DNA of 64,000 nucleotides from NCBI GenBank assembly GCA_964356815.1, contig CAYHIR010000001.1, forward strand, positions 32,297 to 96,296. The letters are read 5' to 3'. The notes under the pieces are model-generated. The model saw only the letters and a program-made list of their open reading frames with translations. It was not told the origin of the DNA and did no database searches. The stretch is from an uncultured Candidatus Saccharibacteria bacterium (lineage in GTDB: Bacteria; Patescibacteriota; Minisyncoccia; Phycocordibacterales; DATGWK01). The position numbers and the translations under genes were made by a program. Position 1 is the stretch's first letter, and every line of letters starts with the position of its first letter. Shown in pieces: positions 27,554 through 36,728 of this stretch.

Positions 27554-28480
27554 ATGAAAAAGTTTTGGAGTTGGGTACAGTGGCTAAAGGACATTTCCTT
27601 CTCTGTCATCTTCGGAGTTCTGGCACTCGCGCTTGTCTCGGGCGCGGCATTCTTAATCTGGAGAGATGGAGCAGCGGAAGTGCCGACCTTAAAAGCGCCG
27701 ACCTTCGATTTGGATCTGGTTGCTTCGGTCATCTCGGCTTGTGTGGTTGTCGTAGCATTCATGCTCCAGACTTTTTTCTATGAGCCACCAAAAGATGAGA
27801 AGAAGTCCATTGGAAGTGACGGAGCAACCGAAGGTTCTGTTGGGCGCAGTCGACCACATCTCTATATCATCTTTGTTCCGATGGGTTGGTGGACTGTCGT
27901 TTTTCTGTCATGGCTCATGAAAGACACCGTCTTCATCGCGGAGATCTTCTGGGGTATTCTTTGGGAAGAAAATCCAAGAATGACCATCGCCACACCTTTG
28001 GTTCTTGACTTGGTTATCTTTCTCGTCAAAAAGGGCAAGAAAAACGAAAGTCCTGAAACCAAGGCAACTGGCATGGTAATTTTGGCGGTCATCATCGTCT
28101 TCTGGGCCTCGGCTTTTGGACAGAAGATTTGGAAGATTGCCGAGGAGGTCGTGCCAAGTACATGGACAGACAAAGCCTCGACTAGCATCACTGCACCAAA
28201 TCGAAAAGGTGCTGATGCGGCCGAGACTACCCCCCTCACCATCCCGATCACCACAACGGACGAGTGGGGCCCAGTCATCACTCTGACTGGCCGTGGCTAC
28301 AGTGGGTTCGACATCTTGGTCGACAACGGGCTCGCAAGAATCCGTCCCGACGAGAATCCGAGTAGAGAGTACGACGCCGGACCAGACACCAAAACAGACA
28401 TCGGTGTCACGAGAAAGGTTCGGTTCAAATCGAGTAGACCTGGAGAACCGGCTCGAGCTCGAATCGTTTTCAAGAAGTAG
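27554..28480 (+). CDS. Multi-pass membrane protein, hypothetical (possible NfeD-like partner of the SPFH protein)
   Basis: 308 aa; GGAGG RBS; at least 4 TM helices; C-terminal soluble segment; GC-rich. Terminator hairpin at about 28497..28530. Confidence 0.5.
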   Translation: MKKFWSWVQWLKDISFSVIFGVLALALVSGAAFLIWRDGAAEVPTLKAPTFDLDLVASVISACVVVVAFMLQTFFYEPPKDEKKSIGSDGATEGSVGRSRPHLYIIFVPMGWWTVVFLSWLMKDTVFIAEIFWGILWEENPRMTIATPLVLDLVIFLVKKGKKNESPETKATGMVILAVIIVFWASAFGQKIWKIAEEVVPSTWTDKASTSITAPNRKGADAAETTPLTIPITTTDEWGPVITLTGRGYSGFDILVDNGLARIRPDENPSREYDAGPDTKTDIGVTRKVRFKSSRPGEPARARIVFKK

Positions 28481-28579
28481 GAGCTTCGCACGCACAAGGG
28501 CGGCCCACACAGTGGACCGCCCTTTTTCATACACTTTTTTGCAATTTTAGCCGCGATTTTTCCGACTGCGAACCAAAAA

Positions 28580-28834
28580 CTAGAGCCCCGGCGTACCAGT
28601 GATTCCGAAAGTGTTGAGGATAACGTCAAGAATACCGTAGACCGACACCATAATAAGCATGCCGATAATCCCCCACATGATATTTAGCCGACCCTTGCTT
28701 CGCGCTTCATCAGAAGCCGCACCACTGATCATTTGGAATATGCCCCAAAGAAATACGAGTAGAGCAATAGCAAACAACAGATAAATAATCGGGTTTAATA
28801 TAACCTCGCTTATTCTATTTAGGAGTTCGAGCAT
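28580..28834 (-). CDS. TrbC/VirB2-like small two-TM protein (T4SS_pilin-type), paralog 6 of array
   Basis: 84 aa; TM1, charged loop (SGAASDEARSKGR), TM2; pattern ...GIFQMISGAASDE..IMWGIIGMLIMVSVYGI shared with the upstream paralogs. Confidence 0.6.
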   Translation of the reverse strand: MLELLNRISEVILNPIIYLLFAIALLVFLWGIFQMISGAASDEARSKGRLNIMWGIIGMLIMVSVYGILDVILNTFGITGTPGL

Positions 28835-28857
28835 CTAGTTTGACCTATCATCACCTA

Positions 28858-29211
28858 TCATCGAGGCGCCTGCGGCAAATTTGGTGTGCGAGTATCTAGA
28901 TCGAAAGCATCACCGAAGAAATTGACGATACCCCAAACAGAAACCATCACGAAGAAAGCGATGATGCCCCAAAGCATGATGTTTTTACCTTTTGTCTGAG
29001 CATCTTCATCACCAGAGTTTAGAATGAACTTTGCAAGACCCCAGAAGAAGTAAAGAAGTGCGAGGGCAATAACGATCGGTAGAAGGGTGTTGTTTATTAA
29101 ATTGAGAAAATTTCTTAAAGTGCCTTCGATGTTGTTGAGGCTTGAGGTTTGCGCAAAAGCCATAGCTGGCGAGAGAAACATAAAAGAACCGAGAATGAGT
29201 GCCTTTTTCAT
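28858..29211 (-). CDS. TrbC/VirB2-like small two-TM protein (T4SS_pilin-type) with signal peptide, paralog 5
   Basis: 117 aa; signal peptide AMAFA; LPIVIALALLYFFWGLAKFILNSGDEDAQTKGKNIMLWGIIAFFVMVSVWGIVNFF. Confidence 0.65.
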   Translation of the reverse strand: MKKALILGSFMFLSPAMAFAQTSSLNNIEGTLRNFLNLINNTLLPIVIALALLYFFWGLAKFILNSGDEDAQTKGKNIMLWGIIAFFVMVSVWGIVNFFGDAFDLDTRTPNLPQAPR

Positions 29212-29318
29212 TTATTTTGTTAAAACTTGAATAATAAAATTAATCTAGTACCCAGAAATTTTACCACACCCACCGAGCAATACAATGTCGGGTGTTAATA
29301 ATTAAGACCACTCAAAAC

Positions 29319-29702
29319 TTAATTTTGAAAAGGGCCACCACCATAGTCGTTTCTCCGATTTTGTCGCGGAACGGATTCTGGAAAAGCGGTGCCGCTATAA
29401 TCGGCATTTGGATCAAGATCGCCAGAATAAGCTGGTGGTCCACCGCGTTCTCCAAAACCAAAAGAATCAGCCAAAAAATTCACAATGCCCCACACAGACA
29501 CCATTACAAAAAGAGAAATGATGCCCCAGAGCATTATTCGCTTGCCCTCTTCAATCGCCTTCTCATCGCCCGCCACTCGAAAAATCATCCGCGCCAAACC
29601 CCACATAAAATAAAGTAGTGCCAAAGCCACCAAAATCGCAAGTAGAGTATTTATAACATCGTGACTGGCCAATATTAAGCCTTTTAAATTTGTAAACCGC
29701 AT
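29319..29702 (-). CDS. TrbC/VirB2-like small two-TM protein (T4SS_pilin-type), paralog 4
   Basis: 127 aa; LAILVALALLYFMWGLARMIFRVAGDEKAIEEGKRIMLWGIISLFVMVSVWGIVNFL; Gly/Asp-rich C-terminal tail. Confidence 0.65.
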   Translation of the reverse strand: MRFTNLKGLILASHDVINTLLAILVALALLYFMWGLARMIFRVAGDEKAIEEGKRIMLWGIISLFVMVSVWGIVNFLADSFGFGERGGPPAYSGDLDPNADYSGTAFPESVPRQNRRNDYGGGPFQN

Positions 29703-29728
29703 GTATTTTGTGTGTGTTTAAGAAAACT

Positions 29729-30151
29729 TTAAGACTGAGGAAAAATCGGCAATTGAGGCGGAATATTTAAGCGTCCACCAACAAGGTCTGAATAGAAAAA
29801 TTGCAATATGCCATATATCGAAACAGCCACAAAAAGGCCAATGATGCCCCAGAGCATAATTTGCTTCCCTTCCTCTATTGCCCCCTCATCGCCACCCACT
29901 CTAAACACAAATTTTGCCAAACCATAGAAAAATACGAGGAGCATCAATGCAATGACGACAGGTATAACGGTATTTATGAGGTCTAAGAAAAGACACACCA
30001 GATCTTGAAATTCTCTTATGCTACCAGGAGGATTTTCCGGACATAGTGGAGCATAAGCCTGAGCCGAAGAAATAAGGGGGGCTAGAGACAACAACAAAAA
30101 GAAAGTTGTAAGAACGAATATTTTTGATATTTTTTTTAGTTTTTCCTGCAT
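29729..30151 (-). CDS. TrbC/VirB2-like small two-TM protein (T4SS_pilin-type) with signal peptide, paralog 3
   Basis: The ORF-track start at 30199 overlaps the upstream gene; the internal ATG at 30151 (MQEKLKK...signal peptide SSAQA) is preferred. VIPVVIALMLLVFFYGLAKFVFRVGGDEGAIEEGKQIMLWGIIGLFVAVSIYGI. Confidence 0.6.
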   Translation of the reverse strand: MQEKLKKISKIFVLTTFFLLLSLAPLISSAQAYAPLCPENPPGSIREFQDLVCLFLDLINTVIPVVIALMLLVFFYGLAKFVFRVGGDEGAIEEGKQIMLWGIIGLFVAVSIYGILQFFYSDLVGGRLNIPPQLPIFPQS

Positions 30152-30162
30152 ATCTATAAAAA

Positions 30163-30606
30163 CTACAACCTCGGACCAACAAAATCTTCTGAGTAACACG
30201 AGTTTGGCACAATTTTACAAATGGTTGTCTGAATTGCTTTGGCGATCACCACCGAGCCAAGCAAAATCGCCGCGCCAACCACCACCCATAGAAAAGTTTG
30301 TCGCGCATCCTGAAGCTTATCAGCGTTGCCCTGTGCCGTCACAAAAAGAAAGCCTGAGTAGATGACGAAAAACACCACAATCACCACACCGAGTGGTAAG
30401 ACAATATTTTCCAAGACATAAGTGACAAACGAGAATATGCTGTTTACATTGCCTGCCAAAGGATTTCCTATTCCACTTGGTATCTGACCGGTAGAGCCAG
30501 CAGAAGGCGGTATTGTTCCCGTCGACTGAGCTAAAATTTCTACCGTAGGAATGAAAGCGGCGCTCAAAATTACTACCAAAATAATAAGCGAGACTAAATA
30601 TTTCAT
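30163..30606 (-). CDS. TrbC/VirB2-like small two-TM protein, divergent paralog 2
   Basis: 147 aa; signal peptide; TM1-AQGNADKLQDARQ-TM2 architecture; C-terminal Cys pair. Confidence 0.55.
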   Translation of the reverse strand: MKYLVSLIILVVILSAAFIPTVEILAQSTGTIPPSAGSTGQIPSGIGNPLAGNVNSIFSFVTYVLENIVLPLGVVIVVFFVIYSGFLFVTAQGNADKLQDARQTFLWVVVGAAILLGSVVIAKAIQTTICKIVPNSCYSEDFVGPRL

Positions 30607-31019
30607 AAAATAATCTTATCAGCCTTAGCCGTTTTATCAAACTGGCCCGAAGATTCGAAAACGAAAGGATTCCAATAGCTTCCGTCTTCAAGGAGCACAG
30701 AAGTGATGGTGCGAACGATGAGCCAGCCTGAGAGCACAAAAAGAAAACCGATTAAAACTTTCCAGAAAATTCCTTTAGCTTCGGAAATTTTTGATGAACT
30801 GCCCTGCGCGGTGAGCATTATGAAGCCGGCCCAGGCAAAAGCCACGGCCGCCGCAGGAATAGACACAATTATAATGAAGTCGATGATGTTGCGCGCGAGA
30901 TTTAGCAGGTCGTTGAAATCGCAATTGGGTGCACCGGCAACGCAATCCACACCGAGCGTTTGGGCTGAAACAAAAATGGGCACGATGAGCACGAAAGCGA
31001 ATATTTTAATTGTTTTCAT
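30603..31019 (-). CDS. TrbC/VirB2-like small two-TM protein, divergent paralog 1
   Basis: 138 aa; signal peptide (VSAQT); Cys pair; TM1-AQGSSSKISEAKG-TM2; 4-nt overlap with the next gene. Confidence 0.55.
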   Translation of the reverse strand: MKTIKIFAFVLIVPIFVSAQTLGVDCVAGAPNCDFNDLLNLARNIIDFIIIVSIPAAAVAFAWAGFIMLTAQGSSSKISEAKGIFWKVLIGFLFVLSGWLIVRTITSVLLEDGSYWNPFVFESSGQFDKTAKADKIIL

Positions 31020-31022
31020 TTT

Positions 31023-32303
31023 CTATTGTGAAATTTGCAGGCCAACCAAATCATTCGCGCGCGCCACGGCTTCGCTCACGGTGTCGCGGCCGCCCGTCAC
31101 ACTTTCGACCATTTCTTTAAATATCGCGGGTGTTTTTGCGGCATCTGGCACGAGCCAAGATTTCGACTGCACAGCCGCATCGTAAAACACAGAAAGATAT
31201 GGCTGATTTGGTTTCACTGCTAAAGAATCGCGGCGGACGGGCGGCAGGTTTGTGGCTTTGGAGAAGGCGTCGATCATTTGCTGGCTCGTGAGAAGGGTGG
31301 CGACGTTGTAGGCGTCAGCGACATTCAGAGAATTTTTGGAAATGGCTAAGCCAGTGATGTCGGCAATGGTGGTCACACGAGCGGCGCCTGTGGTTTGCGG
31401 AATGGCGGCCACGTCAAAGTTCAGATTTGGATTTTTGAGTCGCAAATCGGCAAGCTCGGAAGCAAAACCGAAATATGTGGCTAGGCCGCCGGAAAGAAAG
31501 AAATTTTTGGAAAGCGGCAGAGAGCGATTCCATGAGTAGTACGCTTTTAGAGGATTGGCAAATTCGGTGAAGAAAGACAGCCCGCGCTCAGCGGCTAGTG
31601 GCGGCTCGTTTATAGCACTTCGGAGCAAGCCGTCGGTGCTACCAGTGCGCACTATCGGGCTACCAGCCTGCATGAAAAGCAAGCTCACAATGTCGAAAGC
31701 ATGAGAAATATTGGCAAACTCACCGAGTGGCGCAGAACTCACCGTCACATTTAAATTGCTGTCTTTTTTGGTTATTAAAATTGAGAGATCGTAAAAGCCA
31801 CTCCAAGAGCGCGGCGGGCTAGCCAAGCCCACATTGGTAAACAAATCGCGATTCCAATACATCACCATTGGATCGACAGAAAACGGCAGAGCCAAAACGC
31901 CATCGGTAGTGAGGAAAACTTCGCCAGCTTCTATAAAATTGTCGAGAAAATCGCGCGCCGGATAATTTTCATAAGGAATGGTGAGAATTTTTGCTCGGTG
32001 TTTTATAACGCTCTCATTTGTGAGAAAGAAAATGTCTGGTCCAGTACCAAGAGCCAAAGCCTCGAGGAGTTCCTGATCGAAAGTGGCGGGATTTTTTTGG
32101 AGATAAGTAATGGAGACGGATTTGTCTTGATACAAACCAGCGCTCGCGAGCGCACCTTCAAAAACTTTCGAGTCCATCGTGCCCCACACCGTCGCCGCCG
32201 AAACATTTGCCTCTTCAGAAAGACCACCGAGGGCAAAAATCGCTACACCAACAACGATAAAAAATCCAAAAACGAAAAGGGAGACTAATTGAAATTTACT
32301 CAT
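31023..32303 (-). CDS. Membrane-anchored extracellular solute-binding protein (ABC-type SBP family 1-like), first gene of the pilin-like operon
   Basis: 426 aa from the ATG at 32303 (GGAAGG RBS); the alternative ATG at 32312 is nearly equivalent. N-terminal TM anchor; periplasmic-binding-protein fold pattern. A 12-bp perfect palindrome GTCGCGCGCGAC at 32326..32337 lies just upstream. Confidence 0.65.
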   Translation of the reverse strand: MSKFQLVSLFVFGFFIVVGVAIFALGGLSEEANVSAATVWGTMDSKVFEGALASAGLYQDKSVSITYLQKNPATFDQELLEALALGTGPDIFFLTNESVIKHRAKILTIPYENYPARDFLDNFIEAGEVFLTTDGVLALPFSVDPMVMYWNRDLFTNVGLASPPRSWSGFYDLSILITKKDSNLNVTVSSAPLGEFANISHAFDIVSLLFMQAGSPIVRTGSTDGLLRSAINEPPLAAERGLSFFTEFANPLKAYYSWNRSLPLSKNFFLSGGLATYFGFASELADLRLKNPNLNFDVAAIPQTTGAARVTTIADITGLAISKNSLNVADAYNVATLLTSQQMIDAFSKATNLPPVRRDSLAVKPNQPYLSVFYDAAVQSKSWLVPDAAKTPAIFKEMVESVTGGRDTVSEAVARANDLVGLQISQ

Positions 32304-32348
32304 GCCTTCCATATTTTTTCTTGTAGTCGCGCGCGACTTTATTTAACT

Positions 32349-32882
32349 TTATTGTACACCTTTTTTAAAAATCATGCCGTAATGATGTGTACCAGCATTT
32401 ATTCTTTTGTCCAACACAAAACCATTTTTCAGAAAAAGTTCTTTGGCTGAAGCTTCGGAAAGCAAAGTGTCGCTCGCTGGTCCGAGTACGCGCGAAGAAT
32501 CCGACCAATCTATAAGCAAAACTCTACCCTGCGGACGCAAAATTCTAAAAATTTCCGCCAAAACGACATCTCTTTTTTGTATTTGAAACAAAACGTTACT
32601 CAAAATCACTCTATCTATACCGCTACTTTTCAAACGCGAACCATTTGGCTTTTCCAAATCAACCCAAAGCGCGTCCAGATTGCGAATGTGTTGATGACGA
32701 GCCTCGCGCGCGACGCTCTCCACCACCTCTTTTTTTATTTCGAGCGCATACACATGGCCAGTCGCCCCCACCATTTTTGCCGCCGCGAATGCATAGTGAC
32801 CGATACCAGCACCGAAATCGGCCACCGTCATGCCCGGTATCAAATCTATCTGGTCCAAATTGTTCTTGGGGTTTGAGAACAT
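32349..32882 (-). CDS. Class I SAM-dependent methyltransferase
   Basis: 177 aa; motif I VADFGAGIGHYA; Methyltransf_11-like. Confidence 0.8.
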   Translation of the reverse strand: MFSNPKNNLDQIDLIPGMTVADFGAGIGHYAFAAAKMVGATGHVYALEIKKEVVESVAREARHQHIRNLDALWVDLEKPNGSRLKSSGIDRVILSNVLFQIQKRDVVLAEIFRILRPQGRVLLIDWSDSSRVLGPASDTLLSEASAKELFLKNGFVLDKRINAGTHHYGMIFKKGVQ

Positions 32883-32907
32883 TTTTGCTTAATTATTCAT
32901 TTAATTG

Positions 32908-33029
32908 TAGCACAACAGTTTTATGTGTTGACTGAGTGACTCTCGGAAGCCGACGGGCTGAGAGTGAGGCGCGATTCGAGCACCGAATCGACGCCGGTCA
33001 CGAGGGCGACACATAAAACTGTTGTGCTA
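32908..33029. repeat. Hairpin element with perfect 20-bp terminal inverted repeats (TAGCACAACAGTTTTATGTG / CACATAAAACTGTTGTGCTA) and 82-nt core; the gyrA stop codon lies in the right arm
   Basis: Direct reading. Core contains GGAAGCCGACGGGCTGAGAGTGAGG, which resembles the core of the element at 53831..53941. Confidence 0.6.
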
Positions 33030-35528
33030 GAAGCAGATCAACGAAGCAATCTTGTCTTTTTCTCTAAGTTTCATGATTCTTACTCCTTGAGTTTGTCGTC
33101 CCAAAGAAGGTATCTCTTTCACATCAAGCCTAATCACCTGACTTTTCTGCGACATAGCAACAACTTCCTCAACTTCGTCGGTAATTAGAGAAGCAGACAT
33201 TATATCGCCTGTCTTTGGAGTAACTTTTGAGGTTTTTATACCAGAGCCACCGCGCTTTTGGATTTTGTATTCGTCGAGCTCGGTCTTTTTGCCGTAACCG
33301 TTTTCGCTGATGATGAGAAGGGATGGGTTAGTGGCAGACTTAGAAGCGGCAAGAGCAGCGATGACCGTATCGCCACGACCAAGCTTCATCGCACGCACAC
33401 CGCCAGCACCACGACCCATTTCGCGAATGTCGGATTCTTTAAAGCGGATAGACTGACCCTTGGCTGTCACGATCGCCGCGCTGTCGCCTTTGTCGACAAA
33501 AGATGCAGAGACTAAGCTGTCGCCCGCCGCGAGCTTGATAGCGATGAGACCACTGCGACGCACATCGTGGAAACTCGAAGCCTTCACCTTTTTGCCCACG
33601 CCCTGCTTAGTGATCATGAGAAGTGCGAGCTCATTTGCGCGCTTGATTTCTTTTGGCATTGTCAAAACAGATGTAACTTTTTCATCGTCGGCAAGAGCGA
33701 TGTAATTTAAAATTGATTTGCCTTTTGTGGCGCGTTTACCTTCTGGCAATTCGTACATTTTTATTTGAAACACGCGGCCTTTGTTTGTGAAAAATAGAAC
33801 ATCGCTGTGAGTGTTGGCCATGAGGAGAGTCGTCACAAAATCTTCGTCTTTTGTATCGAGATCGACGACACCCACACCGCCACGGCGTTGTTTTCTAAAT
33901 TCTTCTGGATTTGTGCGCTTAATGTAGCCGCCAGCAGTGAGCACGAGGGCATTTTCTTCTTCCGGCACCAAATCTTCCACAGAAAGTACCTTAGCGCCAC
34001 CGGCTAAAACATTTGTTTTGCGAGCATCGCCGTGTTTTTCGGCAACTTCTTTAAGCTCGGTTTTGACGATGTCGGAAATTATTTTTACGCTGGCAAGAAT
34101 TTTTTTGCAGGCTTTAATAAATTCTTGAACGGCTGCGAGTTCGTCTTCGATCTTTTTGCGCTCCAAGCCAGCGAGTTTTTGCAAACGCATTTCCAAAATA
34201 GCGGTGGCTTGAATGGCAGAAAAACCAAACTCTTTCATCAAATTGCGATGGGCATCTGGTGTATCTTTCGAAGCTTTGATGAGCTTGATTATTTTATCGA
34301 TATGATCGAGGGCTTTTGAAAGACCGAGCAAAATATGCTCGCGATCTTCAGCTTTTTTTAGATCAAACTCCGTGCGACGGCGCACCACGACCTTGCGATG
34401 AGCGATAAACTCGGTGAGCATGCTCTTCAGAGAGAGTGTTTGTGGCACACCATCTACGAGGGCGACGAAATTGCAATGGAAAGTGTCTTCGAGCTGGGTG
34501 TGTTTATATAATGTATTTAAAATTTGTTGCGGATGAGTATTGTTTTTGAGATCGATGACAATGCGAATGTCTCTTGTGGACTCATCACGAAGCGCTTTAA
34601 TGCCCTCAATCTTTTTTTCGCGCACCAGATCGGCAATTTTTATAATGAGATCAGACTTATTGACACGATATGGAATAGCAGAAATAACGATTTGAAAAGT
34701 GCCCGACTTCGTCTCCACTATTTCAGCAATGCCACGCGTGACGATACCGCCACGGCCTGTTGAATAAGCGTGGGTAATATCTTTTCTATTAAAAATGACA
34801 CCGCCAGTAGGAAAATCTGGACCTTTGATGTATTCCATGAGCTCTTCCACAGCGGCTTCTGGCTTATCTATCAAAAGGTTTACCGCACCAGCCACCTCGC
34901 CCAAATTGTGCGGCGGAATATTTGAGGCCATACCAACGGCGATACCGAGCGTGCCGTTCAAGACTAAATTTGGCGCGGCAGATGGCATCACCACAGGCTC
35001 TTTGCGAGTGGAGTCATAATTTGGTCGCCAATCGACCGTTCCTTTATCAATATCACGAAGCATGTCGCCAGCAATGCGCGACATTTTTGTTTCGGTATAA
35101 CGCATTGCGGCGGCTGGATCGCCGTCTATATTGCCGAAGTTTCCTTGGCCAAGAGCGAGCGGATAGCGCGTAGAAAAATCTTGCGCCATTTTTACGAGCG
35201 AGTCGTACACGGCCACATCGCCGTGCGGATGATAGCTTCCGAGCACATCGCCCACCACCACCGCCGACTTTCGAAACTTAGCCGAAGCCGTGAGGCCGCG
35301 TTCGTGCATCGCAAAGAGAATGCGGCGATGGACAGGTTTCAAGCCGTCGCGCACATCGGGCAACGCACGCGCAGTAATAACCGACATCGCGTAGTCGAGA
35401 TACGACTCTTTCATTTCTGTCGTGATATTGCGCTCAACGACAGACTGATGAACAGGCTTTATTTCGCCGCCGCCGCTGTCGCCAGCTGAGCCTTTTGCCT
35501 CTGAGTTTTCGCCTTTTTTGCTAGCCAT
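33027..35528 (-). CDS. gyrA: DNA gyrase subunit A
   Basis: 833 aa; catalytic region (AAMRYTE), beta-pinwheel C-terminal repeats. Confidence 0.9.
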   Translation of the reverse strand: MASKKGENSEAKGSAGDSGGGEIKPVHQSVVERNITTEMKESYLDYAMSVITARALPDVRDGLKPVHRRILFAMHERGLTASAKFRKSAVVVGDVLGSYHPHGDVAVYDSLVKMAQDFSTRYPLALGQGNFGNIDGDPAAAMRYTETKMSRIAGDMLRDIDKGTVDWRPNYDSTRKEPVVMPSAAPNLVLNGTLGIAVGMASNIPPHNLGEVAGAVNLLIDKPEAAVEELMEYIKGPDFPTGGVIFNRKDITHAYSTGRGGIVTRGIAEIVETKSGTFQIVISAIPYRVNKSDLIIKIADLVREKKIEGIKALRDESTRDIRIVIDLKNNTHPQQILNTLYKHTQLEDTFHCNFVALVDGVPQTLSLKSMLTEFIAHRKVVVRRRTEFDLKKAEDREHILLGLSKALDHIDKIIKLIKASKDTPDAHRNLMKEFGFSAIQATAILEMRLQKLAGLERKKIEDELAAVQEFIKACKKILASVKIISDIVKTELKEVAEKHGDARKTNVLAGGAKVLSVEDLVPEEENALVLTAGGYIKRTNPEEFRKQRRGGVGVVDLDTKDEDFVTTLLMANTHSDVLFFTNKGRVFQIKMYELPEGKRATKGKSILNYIALADDEKVTSVLTMPKEIKRANELALLMITKQGVGKKVKASSFHDVRRSGLIAIKLAAGDSLVSASFVDKGDSAAIVTAKGQSIRFKESDIREMGRGAGGVRAMKLGRGDTVIAALAASKSATNPSLLIISENGYGKKTELDEYKIQKRGGSGIKTSKVTPKTGDIMSASLITDEVEEVVAMSQKSQVIRLDVKEIPSLGRQTQGVRIMKLREKDKIASLICF

Positions 35529-35537
35529 GAAGGGACA

Positions 35538-35888
35538 TTATAACATATTTTCTTCAGTTGAAGTAGCTGTAGAAGTAGCGTTTTCTGGCGGAGCGGAGAC
35601 CTTTTCTAAACTCTCGACGGCCGACTTCAGCTCACCAAATTGCTCCATAATAGAGGTCCAAACACGAGTCGTACTTTCACTAAATGCGGCGACGGGGCTT
35701 TTGTCTATGCCACTTACAATTTTATCCACACCAATATCTGCCGAGACTATCTCTCTAGCTGTACCACGGAAGAAAACTGTCGCCCACACACCGGCAATAA
35801 CAATAGTAACAACCGCGGAAACGCAAAGTGCCGCCAATCGACGCGTACCTTCATCTTTTTTTCGCCAATTTTCAAGCTTTTGCCACAT
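35538..35888 (-). CDS. Small membrane-anchored hypothetical protein
   Basis: 116 aa; one TM helix; upstream of gyrA in the same orientation. Confidence 0.4.
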   Translation of the reverse strand: MWQKLENWRKKDEGTRRLAALCVSAVVTIVIAGVWATVFFRGTAREIVSADIGVDKIVSGIDKSPVAAFSESTTRVWTSIMEQFGELKSAVESLEKVSAPPENATSTATSTEENML

Positions 35889-35891
35889 AAA

Positions 35892-36530
35892 CTACGAGGT
35901 TGGATTTAGGACAACGATCTCCCCTTCTTTACCTTCGAGATCTTTCTTTTTGATCGTTAACTTATCGAGGGTTTCTGGAGCCTCACCGCCGGCCTCTTTT
36001 ATGAAATTTTTCAAAGCGCCTTCTGCACCCAAAGAGCCGTAATGAATCGGCACAATGATACGCGGCTCTATTTGCACGGAAATTTTTTGAGCTTCAGCCG
36101 CCGACAAAACTCCTTCTCCGCCGATCGGCACAAAGAGAATATCGACATCTTCCAAATCTTCGGCAATATCGTGAGGGAGCTGTGTGTTGCTCAAAGCGCC
36201 AAGGAAACAAAGATTCATACCCTCAAGGGCCACTGTATATATAGTATTCAGACGCGTTTTGCCGCCATAATTCGACTCTGAAGGATAGCCTTTGACATAA
36301 ACCCCTTTCACTTCATATTCGCCGGGACCACTTATTGCAAATGGTGCTTTATCGCCACGCGAAGCATTTTCTACACCATTCATATCTTCATGATCGAGGC
36401 TTGTGAGCACAATATCACTACCAAAACTCGTGGCTTTTAGCTTGGAATTTTTAGAAATTGGATTGTAGGCGATAACTATGTCGCCAAATTGGACCTTCAG
36501 AGACTCGCCACCCATGAATGAAATAATCAT
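35892..36530 (-). CDS. MBL-fold metallo-hydrolase (UlaG/YtkL-like); start uncertain
   Basis: Internal ATG chosen; beta-lactamase-fold layout (LTSLDHEDM...GD, ILFVPIGG, IVPIHYG). Confidence 0.55.
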   Translation of the reverse strand: MIISFMGGESLKVQFGDIVIAYNPISKNSKLKATSFGSDIVLTSLDHEDMNGVENASRGDKAPFAISGPGEYEVKGVYVKGYPSESNYGGKTRLNTIYTVALEGMNLCFLGALSNTQLPHDIAEDLEDVDILFVPIGGEGVLSAAEAQKISVQIEPRIIVPIHYGSLGAEGALKNFIKEAGGEAPETLDKLTIKKKDLEGKEGEIVVLNPTS

Positions 36531-36728
36531 GCCGCAGTATATCAAAAATCGGCCCCCGTTTACAAACATCATTTACAAATTGGTCGTTTTAGTATAGACT
36601 GCTGGCTCGTAATTGGAGTTTGGTAAAAGGCGAAGAAATCGGTTTTTTATTATTTAATAGCGAAATAGCGAAAGATAACCTCGCGGCAGACGGCTACTCC
36701 AGGCGCCAGCGAAACTTTCGCCCCATTT

